Assembly (NCBI GenBank): GCA_963716255.1
Contig: OY970303.1
Span: forward strand, 6,336,001-6,400,000
Direction of reading: 5' to 3'
Source: an uncultured Gemmatimonadales bacterium
Lineage (GTDB): Bacteria; Gemmatimonadota; Gemmatimonadetes; Longimicrobiales; Longimicrobiaceae
Length of the DNA: 64,000 nucleotides
Notes under the pieces: model-generated
The model's input: the letters and a program-made list of their open reading frames with translations, nothing else
What the model was told of the DNA's origin: nothing
The model's database searches: none
Program-made: the position numbers and the translations under genes
Shown: positions 24,151 through 34,793 of the stretch, in pieces
How positions within the stretch are numbered: the first letter of the stretch is position 1
Layout of the letters: every line of letters begins with the position of its first letter

Positions 24151-24485
24151 TGCGGACCGTGCGTCTTTGTGCCGTCGCCTTCGTCCTCGCCCTGCTCGCC
24201 GCGATTCCCGCCGGCCTGCGCGCGCAGGAATCCTCGTCCGCCGCTCCCGCGTCCGCCGCGCAGGCGCCGGGCGGCGCCGCCGTCGACCCCTCGGCGTCGC
24301 TCGGGACGCGGACGGTGGAATCGTCGTCCGGGCTGCCGCAGCGCGCGGCGCCCCCGCGCACGCTCCGCGACTACACGCACGTGTTCGTGGCCTTCGCGCT
24401 GGCGTGGATCCTCCTCTTCGGCTACGTCGTCTCGCTGGGGCGGCGCTGGTCGGCGGTGGAGCGGGAGCTGGCCGCGCGGGCGTAG
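24150..24485 (+). CDS. CcmD-family protein
   Basis: Follows ccmC with an overlap; C-terminal FVAFALAWILLFGYVVSLGRR TM helix and charged tail. Confidence 0.6.
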   Translation: MRTVRLCAVAFVLALLAAIPAGLRAQESSSAAPASAAQAPGGAAVDPSASLGTRTVESSSGLPQRAAPPRTLRDYTHVFVAFALAWILLFGYVVSLGRRWSAVERELAARA

Positions 24486-24713
24486 CGCCGCGGCGGCCTC
24501 CCCGCGGGGCCCGGGACGGACCGAAGCGGCGCGCCGGGTGGCGAAACATCCGGCGCGCCGTACATTTTCCGGGCTTCCGGACGGACGCGCGGCCCGATGC
24601 TTGCTGGCCCGGGGCCCCGTGTTTTCCGCTGGCGATCCGCGCGGCGGCCGGGCGTACGGCCGTCATCGCGGATCTTCGTGCAGTGCCGACTCCCCACCCC
24701 CTGGAGGTGCATG

Positions 24714-25331
24714 ATGGCAGGGTTCACGCTCCCCGACCTTCCCTACGACTACGCCGCGCTGGAGCCGCACGTCGACGAACAGACGATGCGCATCCACCAC
24801 GACAAGCACCACGCCACCTACGTCACCAACCTCAACGCCGCGCTGGAGAAGCACCCGGAGTTCGACGCCGGCAGCGACATCGACGCGCTGGTGCGCCGCA
24901 TCGACGAGGTGCCCGAGGACATCCGCGCCGCGGTGCGCAACAACGGCGGCGGCCACGCCAACCACTCCATGTTCTGGCAGGTCATGGGGCCGGGCGGCGG
25001 CGGCGAGCCCAGCGGCGCGCTCGCCGATGCCATAACCTCCGCGTTCGGCGACTTCGCCACGTTCAAGACCAGGTTCAACGACGCGGGGAAGACGCGCTTC
25101 GGGAGCGGGTGGGCGTGGCTCGTCGCCGGCAGCGGCGGGTTGGAGGTCAGCAGCACGCCCAACCAGGACTCGCCGCTGATGGAAGGGAAGACGCCCATCC
25201 TGGGGTGCGACGTGTGGGAGCACGCCTACTACCTCAAGTACCAGAACCGCCGGCCGGACTACCTGGAAGCCTGGTGGAACACGGTGAACTGGCAGGAGGT
25301 GTCGCGGCGCTTCGAGGCGGCCCGCGGGTAG
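24714..25331 (+). CDS. sodA: Fe/Mn superoxide dismutase
   Basis: [26 protein letters not shown] (Mn-type) and DVWEHAYY motifs. Confidence 0.95.
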   Translation: MAGFTLPDLPYDYAALEPHVDEQTMRIHHDKHHATYVTNLNAALEKHPEFDAGSDIDALVRRIDEVPEDIRAAVRNNGGGHANHSMFWQVMGPGGGGEPSGALADAITSAFGDFATFKTRFNDAGKTRFGSGWAWLVAGSGGLEVSSTPNQDSPLMEGKTPILGCDVWEHAYYLKYQNRRPDYLEAWWNTVNWQEVSRRFEAARG

Positions 25332-25424
25332 TTCTCTATCCGGATCGTCGGACGATTGCGCCCCGGTCGGAGCCTGCTCCGGCCGGGGCGTCGTCTTCTG
25401 CGGCTTTTACGGATGGGGACGGCG

Positions 25425-25556
25425 GGTTCGGGCGTGCCCCCGCTGGCGCGGGGTCGGGCTTCGGCTCCGTAACGCAGCAAACAACGCTGCGTAACGGAGT
25501 CGAGCCCCGGCAAACGGCCGCCGGGTCTCGCCCCTTCGGGCCGAAATCCCTCACGC
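25425..25556 (-). repeat. Repeat family A, copy 3
   Basis: Reverse complement of the family A consensus. Confidence 0.92.
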
Positions 25557-25658
25557 GGGTCCCGCGCTGGCGTCCGCGGGAGGCCCCCACCCGGCTTGCT
25601 TGAGGCTCGCCACCCTCCCCCGTTCCGGGGGAGGGGGTCCCGTCGGGGACTGCGGCTC

Positions 25659-26864
25659 CTACTGCACCGTGAACGGCACCACGAACTCCGAGCGGTCCCA
25701 CGTGATCCGCAGCACGCCACCCCTCGCGCCGGCCGGCTCCGCGCGGATGGACAGGCGCTCCGCCGGCTCCGCCACCGTGGTCCGCCGCATCCGCACGCGC
25801 CCCAGGTCGCGGGCGGCGTCGTACGACGTGCCGTTCTGGCCGGTCTGGCGGTTGACGATCAGCCAGCCGCCCTCCGCCTCGGGCATGCTGAAGAGCGTGT
25901 ACTCGCCGGCGGGGACGGCCAGCGTGCCGCCGCGCGCGGGGTCGCCCAGCACCAGCGCGCGGTCGGTGGTGAAGTGCGTCGCGCGGTTGGCGCCGGTCCT
26001 CCAGAGCTGGCCCCACGCCACCACCGCGGGGAAGACGTCGCGCCCGCGCCGCACCGGGACGCCGTAGTCCAGCGCGATCTTCGCCCCTCCCACGGTGAAC
26101 TCCTCGCGGGCCCGGCCGGACAGCTCGCCCATCCCGCGCCCGGCCCGGTCCGCCTCCGCCCAGCGGCGCGCCGGCCCCTCCACGTCCACCCAGGGGACGC
26201 GCGTCACCACCACCTTGCGGGTGGTCCGCGCGGCGTCCAGCCCCAGCAGCCGCCCCGCCGCGTCGGTCCGCACGACGGACGGGCCGCGCAGGGGGTGCGT
26301 CAGCGTGATCTCGCCGGGCGCGGTGCGCGCCAGCGTGTACGCGAGCGGGCGGCCCCCGGCCAGGAACGGGCGCGTCGCGGTCCCCGTGGGCGGCACGTGC
26401 CGGAGCGCCAGCTCGAAGGGCCAGTGCACCAGGTCCACCCAGGGGAGCGCGTCGGGGCCCGCCTGCACCCGCGAGGCGCGCGTGGAGTCGCCCTCGGTCA
26501 CGCGCCGGGTCCAGCCGCTGTCGGCCGCCTCGATGATCTCCACCCGCCGCGGGGCGCCTCCGGGCGACACCGCGTCGACGATGCGCTCCTCGAAGCGGCG
26601 CATGCCGCCGGTGGGCGTCAGGTCGAGCGTGTAGCGCCGCAGCGAGGTGCTGGGCGAGCGGACGGCCGCCTCCGCCTGGATACGGCTGCCGGTGCGCACC
26701 CAGCGCTCCAGCGCGATGGTGTCGCGCCCCAGCACGGTCACCAGGGCGGCGCTGTCCGCCCGCGCCTGCGCGCCGGCGGGGATCGCCGAGGCGGCCAGCG
26801 CGGCGAGGAAGAACAGGACGCGGCCGGGGCCGCGGCGGGGTCGGGGGGCGGCGGGGCGGAGCAT
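25659..26864 (-). CDS. Secreted DUF2911-like domain protein
   Basis: Signal peptide; C-terminal DYGVP.RRGR..F...WRTGAN.AT and VPAGEYTLF motifs. Confidence 0.75.
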   Translation of the reverse strand: MLRPAAPRPRRGPGRVLFFLAALAASAIPAGAQARADSAALVTVLGRDTIALERWVRTGSRIQAEAAVRSPSTSLRRYTLDLTPTGGMRRFEERIVDAVSPGGAPRRVEIIEAADSGWTRRVTEGDSTRASRVQAGPDALPWVDLVHWPFELALRHVPPTGTATRPFLAGGRPLAYTLARTAPGEITLTHPLRGPSVVRTDAAGRLLGLDAARTTRKVVVTRVPWVDVEGPARRWAEADRAGRGMGELSGRAREEFTVGGAKIALDYGVPVRRGRDVFPAVVAWGQLWRTGANRATHFTTDRALVLGDPARGGTLAVPAGEYTLFSMPEAEGGWLIVNRQTGQNGTSYDAARDLGRVRMRRTTVAEPAERLSIRAEPAGARGGVLRITWDRSEFVVPFTVQ

Positions 26865-26988
26865 GGTCGTCGTCCGTTGCAGGGTGCGCGTCGCTCGGCT
26901 TCCGCGGACAACCTGCGCCGGGAGACGGGCGCGGCACAAGCCCCGGCCGGGGAAGCTCCCGGCCGGGGCTTCGTGTCCCGCGGCGCGC

Positions 26989-27987
26989 TCAGCCCACCCG
27001 CCTCCAGACGCGGATCTCCGGCATCGGGTTGGAGATCAGCACGGCCAGGCCGTTCGGCACCACCGTGATTCCCGAGACGCGGCGCGGGAGGAGGTACGAG
27101 CCCGCGTAGCGACCGGTCGCGAGCTCGTAGCGGTCCACGATCCGGCCCTTCAGCCGGGTCTTCCCCCCGTACAGCAGGTACGCGTAGCGGTCGTCCGCGC
27201 TCACCGACAGGGTGGCCGGGGTGGCGTCCAGCGACAGCCGGGTGACGACCCCGCCGCCCGGACCCTGCCACTCCAGCACCGAGGGAAAGGGGATCGGCTC
27301 CACGCCCGGTGTGGACCTCACCTGCCGGGTGGCTCCGTTCCACAGGACGAGGCGGTCCGCGTACAGGAACGTCATCACCGCCGCCCGCCCGGCGGGGGCC
27401 ACCGCCACCCGCCCATCCAGCGCCATGGGGTCCACGCTGCCCAGGGCGGCGGGGAGCCGCATGGTCGCGGCCAGCGTCCCCCGCTGGTCGAACCGGTACC
27501 CGAGGACGCCCTCCGCCCCCGCGCCGATCCCCCAGAACGTGCCGTCCTCCAGGGGGAGAACGCGTTGAAAGAGCGTCCGGGTGGAGATCATCTTCTCCAC
27601 CTTGCCGTCCGGGCGCAGAACCGTCACGCGATTGTTGGACGGGTCGTACACCCACAGGTTGCCGCTGCGGTCCACCTGAAGGTCCGTGGGGTTGGTGAAC
27701 TCGTTCGGGCCCTTGCCCCTGCGCCCCGCCGCCCAGGCCAGGCGCCCGGTCCAGTCGAACGCCTTGACGCGGGTGTCGCCGTAGTCCACCACGTACAGCA
27801 TCCGGCCGCGCGACGCGATCAGGAGCGGGTTCAGCAGCTCGGACTCCATGGCCGGCTGCACCCCGCCCACCTGCTCCCAGCGGCCGGGAAGGAAGCTGCG
27901 CTCCGCGGCCGGCGCCGGCGCGCCGCCGCCGCCGGGCAGAACGGAGAGCCACGAGGCCGCCAGCGCGAGGGCGAGTCTTGCGAGCAT
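26989..27987 (-). CDS. Secreted 6-bladed beta-propeller (NHL/TolB-like) protein
   Basis: Signal peptide; LYVVD, GRRGKGPNEF..P and LWVYD blade motifs. Confidence 0.75.
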   Translation of the reverse strand: MLARLALALAASWLSVLPGGGGAPAPAAERSFLPGRWEQVGGVQPAMESELLNPLLIASRGRMLYVVDYGDTRVKAFDWTGRLAWAAGRRGKGPNEFTNPTDLQVDRSGNLWVYDPSNNRVTVLRPDGKVEKMISTRTLFQRVLPLEDGTFWGIGAGAEGVLGYRFDQRGTLAATMRLPAALGSVDPMALDGRVAVAPAGRAAVMTFLYADRLVLWNGATRQVRSTPGVEPIPFPSVLEWQGPGGGVVTRLSLDATPATLSVSADDRYAYLLYGGKTRLKGRIVDRYELATGRYAGSYLLPRRVSGITVVPNGLAVLISNPMPEIRVWRRVG

Positions 27988-27990
27988 GGG

Positions 27991-28458
27991 TCACTCCTCC
28001 CCGTTGAGGGTGCGGGTCACCAGGGCGTACAGGGGTTCCGGGTCGTGCGGGTCGCCCACGGGAACGTGGCGCCCCGCGCGGCTCACCAGGACGACGGGAA
28101 AGTCGATGCTCGCCCCGTCCACCGCCGCGCGCCACTCGCCGTCGCGGTCGAAGGTCACGGGAAAGCGGATCCCGAAGGCCCGGACCAGGCCGTCGGCCTC
28201 GCGCCGATCCACCGGCGGGGCGAGCATGACGCCGCGCAGCCGGGCGCCCGGCCGCGCGGCGACCCGGTTCATGGCGGCGACCGCGTCCGCCCCCAGCTTG
28301 CAGTCGCCCGGGTGGAAGACGAACAGCACCTCCGGCTTCGCATCCAGCTCCGCGATCAGCTCGGGGAGCGTCGCGGGCTGGCGGAGCCGCGCGTACGCGG
28401 GCGCGGCGAGCGCTGCCGCAAGGCAAGCCGCGAGCAGTGCGATTCGGGGTCGCTGCAT
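27991..28458 (-). CDS. Exported thioredoxin-fold (TlpA/AhpC-like) protein with a single Cys at the active-site position
   Basis: Signal/TM segment; VLFVFHPGDCKLG, FPVTFD and cis-Pro-like FPVVLV. Confidence 0.6.
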   Translation of the reverse strand: MQRPRIALLAACLAAALAAPAYARLRQPATLPELIAELDAKPEVLFVFHPGDCKLGADAVAAMNRVAARPGARLRGVMLAPPVDRREADGLVRAFGIRFPVTFDRDGEWRAAVDGASIDFPVVLVSRAGRHVPVGDPHDPEPLYALVTRTLNGEE

Positions 28459-28515
28459 GGGATCCTGCGGTCCAGGTTGTGGTCGTTCCGATCTCGGGTT
28501 CCGGCGGCGGTGCGG

Positions 28516-28812
28516 TCAGTGGCCCGATCGGGCATCCGACTCCGTCTCTTCGAGCGTGTCGGCGCTTCCGTCCCGGATGCGGGTGCTCCTGACCTCGTAG
28601 CAGGTGAGACGGGACCCGTCGGGGTAGGTGATCGTGACGCACAGGTCGGGGCCACCGGGGCCGCAGTTCCTGCACGGATCCGCCGGGTCGTCCGGGGACC
28701 GGACGATCTCCTCGGCGGAGGTCTGGGCTCTCCCGCCGGCGGCGAACACGGTCGCGCAGAGCGCGAGCACGCCGGCCGGCAGGAGCTTGTCGGTGCGGGT
28801 GGAAGACCGCAT
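28516..28812 (-). CDS. Small secreted cysteine-rich peptide (paralogue 2, 98 aa)
   Basis: Signal peptide; core CRNCGPGGPDLCVTITYPDGSRLTCY and acidic tail. Confidence 0.8.
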   Translation of the reverse strand: MRSSTRTDKLLPAGVLALCATVFAAGGRAQTSAEEIVRSPDDPADPCRNCGPGGPDLCVTITYPDGSRLTCYEVRSTRIRDGSADTLEETESDARSGH

Positions 28813-28893
28813 GTCGCACCTTGATGAGGGAAGGTGGTTCGTCGAGCACCTGCGAATCACGGCCGATCCGGCGGCGCGGCGCGGTGTCGGCCG

Positions 28894-29175
28894 TCAGCCC
28901 TTGTCCGTCGCCTCCTCGTTGTCGGGGAGCGCGACGTCCACGGTATCCTTGTCGTCGATGGGCTTCGCCGTCTTGTAGCAGGTCAGCTTGGATCCGTCCC
29001 TGAAGGTGATCGTGAGGCAGAAGTCCGGGCCGCCCGGGCAGCCGTACCGGTCGGCGCACACGTCCGCGACGGCCGCGGAGGCCTGGGCGGTGTTGCCGGC
29101 GCTCGCCATCGCCACGCCGAATACCGCGAGGACGGCGACGAACAGGATCTTCTGGAGACGGTCGTTGAGTCGCAT
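28894..29175 (-). CDS. Small secreted cysteine-rich peptide (paralogue 1, 93 aa)
   Basis: GAGGT RBS, signal peptide; core CADRYGCPGGPDFCLTITFRDGSKLTCY and acidic tail. Confidence 0.8.
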   Translation of the reverse strand: MRLNDRLQKILFVAVLAVFGVAMASAGNTAQASAAVADVCADRYGCPGGPDFCLTITFRDGSKLTCYKTAKPIDDKDTVDVALPDNEEATDKG

Positions 29176-29258
29176 GGTGCACCTCGTGAGTGGGGGGAAG
29201 AGGCACCGCGCCGCCGGTGTCGGGAATTTTGTCCTCCGGAGATCGGAGTCCTGGAGGC

Positions 29259-29287
29259 AATGTAAGGGGCGCGGCGCCGCGTCTCGA
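29259..29287 (-). promoter_or_regulatory. Putative sigma70-type promoter for the peptide genes (weak -35)
   Basis: Minus strand TCGAGA-N17-TACATT, about 85 nt upstream of the first peptide ATG. Confidence 0.35.
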
Positions 29288-29306
29288 TGTACCGCTCGCG
29301 CGATTT

Positions 29307-30161
29307 TCACCGTTCCGGCCAAGCTCCCGCCATGGCCGCCCCCATCCCCTCCCTTTCCGTCCAGCGGTCCAGCAGCCACTCCCACCCCAGCGTTCCCCGC
29401 AGCACCGACGGCCGGATCCCGAAGGCCGCGTGCACCTGCTTGCTGAGCGCCGCGGCATCCCCGAAGCCGCCCGTTCCCGCGATGCGGAGCAGCGGTTCGC
29501 CGGGGCGGCCCTGGATCTCCACGGCCGCGTACAGGGCGCGGGCCGCCTGGAGCCAGCGGTGGGGTGGGGGAAGCCTTTTCTTGCGGAACCGTGCGCGGAC
29601 GCTGCTCTCCGCCTCGCCGATGCATTCGAGCAGGGGGTGGATGCGGCTGAAGCGGGGCGCGAGGAGGAAGACCTGCCGGACGATGTGACCGAGCGCGGAG
29701 GAAGGCGCGAGCCCGCGCAGGTGCAGCCAGTCGCCGGCGTCCTCGCCCAGCTCCTCGCGCGAGGTGAGCACCGGGCGCAGCGCTTCGGCGATGGGCTGCC
29801 CCTCCAGGAGGAGCGCGCGGACGCGGAGTCGCCCGGCCCGGAGCGCCAGCTCCGCGATGCCCCGCTCCGGCGCTCCCGACCACCACAGGATCACGGTGGC
29901 GCGGTGGAAGAGGAGGCGCGCCCGGTGAACCGCGGGGCCCAGCAGCCGCCCATCCGCCGCGAGCGCCAGGACCGGCAGCGCCACGATGGAGCCGAGCTCC
30001 AGGTGGGCGGGGTGCAGCCGTCGCGCGGGCACCGGCAAAGGGAGGGAGCAGTAGGGCGGCCGCAGGTGCAGGAGGGGGATGTCGTCCCATTCGCTCCCCG
30101 CGGCCGGGAACGGCACCGGCGGACGGGTGGGGAGGTACGCGTGCCGGGCGGGGTGTTCCAT
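29307..30161 (-). CDS. AraC-type HTH transcriptional regulator
   Basis: GGAGG RBS; C-terminal LLRIAGTGGFGDAAALSKQVHAAFGIRPS resembles the second AraC HTH. Confidence 0.7.
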   Translation of the reverse strand: MEHPARHAYLPTRPPVPFPAAGSEWDDIPLLHLRPPYCSLPLPVPARRLHPAHLELGSIVALPVLALAADGRLLGPAVHRARLLFHRATVILWWSGAPERGIAELALRAGRLRVRALLLEGQPIAEALRPVLTSREELGEDAGDWLHLRGLAPSSALGHIVRQVFLLAPRFSRIHPLLECIGEAESSVRARFRKKRLPPPHRWLQAARALYAAVEIQGRPGEPLLRIAGTGGFGDAAALSKQVHAAFGIRPSVLRGTLGWEWLLDRWTEREGMGAAMAGAWPER

Positions 30162-30203
30162 GCCGTCCTCCGCGATCGTGGAAGCGTGCCCACTATTTGG
30201 CGT

Positions 30204-30232
30204 ATTGTATATGTCACCTGGAAGACAGTAAA
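30204..30232 (-). promoter_or_regulatory. Putative sigma70-type promoter of the AraC-like gene
   Basis: Minus strand TTTACT-N17-TACAAT in an AT-rich patch. Confidence 0.55.
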
Positions 30233-30333
30233 GGAAACGTGTGGCGGCTGCGGGCTCGCCGCCTCCGGTCTCGCGCGGGGGAGGGCGCCGCGCTAGATTG
30301 GCGCCTTCCTTCCCGCTCCTTCCGCAGCCGCAC

Positions 30334-31404
30334 ATGACCATCGCCACGCCCGCCGCCGTCGCAGATCTCCGCTCGGACACCGTCACCCGTCCCTCGCCCG
30401 CCATGCGCCGGGCCATCGCCGAGGCCGAGGTGGGCGACGCCGTGCTCGGCGACGACCCCACCGTGAACGAGCTGGAGGCGTACGCCGCCGAGCTGCTGGG
30501 CAAGGAGCGCGCGCTCTTCTTTCCCAGCGGGATCATGGCCAACCAGGCGGCGCTCCTCGCCCTTGGCCAGCCGGGGACCGAGGCGCTGATCGACGGGCGC
30601 GGCCACATCTTCGACTGGGAGGAGGCCGCGGCCGCGGCGCTCGGCGGGATCCAGCTCCGCCCCGTCGCCACGCCGGACGGGCTGCTCACCCCCGCGCTGG
30701 TCGCCGAGCACGTGCCCCCGCCCACGCGGTGGGCCACCCGCACCTCCGTGGTCTGCCTGGAGAACACCCACAACGCCGCCGGCGGCAGAGTGCTGCCCCT
30801 GGAGCAGGCGGAAGCCGTGGCGGCGGTGGCGCGGGAGCGGGGCGCGCGGGTGCACCTGGACGGGGCGCGGCTCCCCAACGCGGCGGTGGCGGGCGGGCGG
30901 TCGCTCAAGGAGCTGGCCGCACCGGCCGATACCGTGATGGTGGCACTCTCCAAGGGGCTCGGCGCGCCGGTGGGCTCGGTGCTGGCCGGGGCGGAGGACG
31001 TGATGGAGCTCGCCTGGCGGGCGCGGCGGCGGCTGGGCGGGGGGATGCGGCAGGCGGGGATCCTCGCCGCGGCGGCGCTCTACGGGCTGCGCCACAACTT
31101 CGCCCTGCTGGCGGACGACCACCGGCGGGCGCGGGAGGTGGCGGCGCACGCGGCGCGGGTGCCGGGACTGGCCGCGGACGTGCCGGACACCAACATCGTC
31201 ATGGTGCGCGTGGAGGACGAGCGGCTGGATCCCGAGGCGCTGCTCGCCGCGCTGGAAAGGCGGGGCGTGCGCATGACCCGCTTCGGGGCGCGGCGGCTGC
31301 GCGCGGTCACCCACCTGGACGTGGACGACGCCGCCGTCCGGCGCGCGGGGGAGGCGCTGGAGGGCGCCGCGGCGGAGCTCCGCGGCGATGGCGCAAATGC
31401 TTGA
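30334..31404 (+). CDS. ltaE: Low-specificity L-threonine aldolase
   Basis: [27 protein letters not shown] and [10 protein letters not shown] motifs. Confidence 0.92.
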   Translation: MTIATPAAVADLRSDTVTRPSPAMRRAIAEAEVGDAVLGDDPTVNELEAYAAELLGKERALFFPSGIMANQAALLALGQPGTEALIDGRGHIFDWEEAAAAALGGIQLRPVATPDGLLTPALVAEHVPPPTRWATRTSVVCLENTHNAAGGRVLPLEQAEAVAAVARERGARVHLDGARLPNAAVAGGRSLKELAAPADTVMVALSKGLGAPVGSVLAGAEDVMELAWRARRRLGGGMRQAGILAAAALYGLRHNFALLADDHRRAREVAAHAARVPGLAADVPDTNIVMVRVEDERLDPEALLAALERRGVRMTRFGARRLRAVTHLDVDDAAVRRAGEALEGAAAELRGDGANA

Positions 31405-31559
31405 AAATCGTTAAATTAAGCGGTGTTCGTGGACGGCGTCGTGGACGGTCCCGAACCGTCCCCCTTTCGCTTTTCTTTCGGGAACCGCATATTGTTGCCG
31501 GGGTACAGAACCATGCTCCGGGCGACGAGAGTGAACGCGACAATTTGACGAGGAAAAGC

Positions 31560-32618
<1,059 letters not shown>

Positions 32619-32641
32619 CGCTCCCCGCGGCGAGGAACACG

Positions 32642-32675
32642 GAGGCCCCGGCACCGCGCCGGGGCCTCTTCGTTT
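32642..32675 (+). terminator. Putative intrinsic terminator after recA
   Basis: GAGGCCCCGGC-ACCGC-GCCGGGGCCTC hairpin followed by TTCGTTT. Confidence 0.7.
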
Positions 32676-32818
32676 GCGCGTTCCCGGCCCCGGTACGTCG
32701 GTTGCATGGTTTGCCGATCCGGGGCGGGGCCGGTATCATGGTGGAGTCGCACGGCGCCTCCCGATTCCGGGCGGCGCCTCGGTTTTTTGATGCAGGCACA
32801 CTCCTCCGGACCGACACC

Positions 32819-34777
32819 ATGCGCTCCGACGAGCCCGGCGATAAACAGATGGACCCCGCTCCCGCGGCGGCTTCGGGGCCGCCGGCCGCCGAGCACGGGC
32901 ACGGCGCGCAGCCGCGGGGGCGCTACTTGGCCCTCCTTTCCCTGTCGGCGCTGGGCGTCGTCTACGGCGACATCGGCACCAGCCCCCTGTACTCCATCAA
33001 GGAATCGTTCCACCACGCGCACAACATCCTGCCCACCGAAGCCAACGTCCTGGGCGTGCTCTCGATGGTGTTCTGGTCGCTGGTGCTGATCATCTCCGTC
33101 AAGTACGCGCTCTTCGTGCTGCGCGCGGACAACCGCGGCGAGGGCGGGATCCTGGCGCTCACCAGCCTGGCGACGCCGGTGGCCGCACGGCGCCGCAGCG
33201 GGCGCTGGGTGCTGATCATGCTGGGGCTCTTCGGCACGGCGCTGCTGTACGGCGACGGGATGATCACCCCGGTGATCTCGGTGCTCAGCGCGGTGGAGGG
33301 GCTGGGCGTCGCCACGCCGTTCTTCGAGCCGTACGTGGTGCCCATCACCATCGCCATCCTGGTGGGGCTCTTCGCGGTGCAGAGCCGGGGGACGGCGGGG
33401 ATCGGCAAGGTCTTCGGGCCGGTGATGGTGCTCTGGTTCCTCACCCTCGTGGCGCTGGGGCTCTCGCAGATCGTGCGCGAGCCGCACGTGTTCGTCGCGC
33501 TCAACCCGCTGCTGGCGGCGCGCTTCTTCGCGGAGAACGGCTACAACGGCTTCCTGGTGCTGGGCTCGGTGTTCCTGGTGGTGACGGGGGGCGAGGCGCT
33601 GTACGCGGACATGGGCCACTTCGGGCTGCGCCCCATCCGCTACGCCTGGTTCGTGGTGGTGCTGCCGGCGCTGCTGATCAACTACTTCGGGCAGGGGGCG
33701 CTGCTGCTGCGGCACCCGGAAGCGGTGGAGAACCCCTTCTTCCGCATGGCCCCGCCCTGGGCGCTGTACCCGCTGGTGGTGCTGGCGACGCTGGCGACGG
33801 TGATCGCGTCGCAGGCGCTGATCACGGGGGCGTTCTCGCTCACCATGCAGGCGGTGCAGCTGGGGTACATGCCGCGGGTGCTCATCGAGCACACCTCGTC
33901 CAAGGAGCGCGGACAGATCTACATTCCCTCCATCAACTGGGCGCTGATGGTGTCGTGCATCGGCCTGGTGCTGGGATTCCGCTCGTCCAGCAACGTGGCC
34001 GCGGCGTACGGCGTGGCGGTGACCACCACCATGGTGATCACCACGCTGCTGCTGTTCACGGTGGAGCGGGAGCGGTGGAAGTGGCCGCTGTGGGCCTCGG
34101 TGGGGTTCACCGCGTTCTTTCTGATCGTGGACCTCGCCTTCTGGGGCGCGAACATCGTCAAGATCCCCCACGGCGGCTGGTTCCCGCTGGTGGTGGGGGT
34201 GCTGATCTTCGCGGCGATGACCACCTGGAAGACGGGGCGCCGGATCCTGGGGACGCGGCTTGCGGAAAGCTCGCTCCCCTGGGAGTTCTTCGTGCACGAC
34301 ATGGCGGCCAACCCCATCCACCGCGTCCCGGGGACGGCGGTGTTCATGTACGGCAACCCGGAGGGGACGCCGCCGGCGCTGCTGCACAGCCTCAAGCACT
34401 ACAAGGTGATCCACGAGCAGGTGGTGCTGCTGGCGATCGAGACTGCAGAGGTGCCGCACGTGCTGCCGGAGGAGCGCTTCACCGTGGACGTGCTGGGGCA
34501 CGGCTTCTTCCGAATCGTGCTGCGCTACGGCTTCATGGAGGACCCGGAGGTGCCGACGGCGCTGGCGGAGGTGCGGGCCCCGGGGCTGGACCTGGGCGCG
34601 GGCCGCACCACCTTCTTCCTGGGCCGGGAAACGCTGATTCCTTCGAAGAGGCCGGGGATGGCGCTGTGGAGGGAGAAGCTGTTCGCGCTGATGGCCCGCA
34701 ACGCGCGTCCGGCTACCGCGTTCTTCGGCCTGCCGCCCAACCGGGTGGTGGAGCTGGGCGCGCAGATCGAGCTCTGA
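32819..34777 (+). CDS. kup: Potassium uptake protein Kup (copy 1)
   Basis: GVVYGDIGTSPLY, ADNRGEGG and EALYADMGHFG motifs; C-terminal VELGAQIEL. Confidence 0.95.
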   Translation: MRSDEPGDKQMDPAPAAASGPPAAEHGHGAQPRGRYLALLSLSALGVVYGDIGTSPLYSIKESFHHAHNILPTEANVLGVLSMVFWSLVLIISVKYALFVLRADNRGEGGILALTSLATPVAARRRSGRWVLIMLGLFGTALLYGDGMITPVISVLSAVEGLGVATPFFEPYVVPITIAILVGLFAVQSRGTAGIGKVFGPVMVLWFLTLVALGLSQIVREPHVFVALNPLLAARFFAENGYNGFLVLGSVFLVVTGGEALYADMGHFGLRPIRYAWFVVVLPALLINYFGQGALLLRHPEAVENPFFRMAPPWALYPLVVLATLATVIASQALITGAFSLTMQAVQLGYMPRVLIEHTSSKERGQIYIPSINWALMVSCIGLVLGFRSSSNVAAAYGVAVTTTMVITTLLLFTVERERWKWPLWASVGFTAFFLIVDLAFWGANIVKIPHGGWFPLVVGVLIFAAMTTWKTGRRILGTRLAESSLPWEFFVHDMAANPIHRVPGTAVFMYGNPEGTPPALLHSLKHYKVIHEQVVLLAIETAEVPHVLPEERFTVDVLGHGFFRIVLRYGFMEDPEVPTALAEVRAPGLDLGAGRTTFFLGRETLIPSKRPGMALWREKLFALMARNARPATAFFGLPPNRVVELGAQIEL

Positions 34778-34793
34778 TCCGGAGGCGAGCACC

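Noticed and set aside
28516..29175. Cys-rich peptides as known RiPP precursors (bufferin, ranthipeptide, lanthipeptide)
   Set aside because: No DUF692/MNIO, radical SAM-SPASM, LanM or peptidase-ABC transporter gene nearby; the window's radical SAM is MqnC/CofH-like and 26 kb away.
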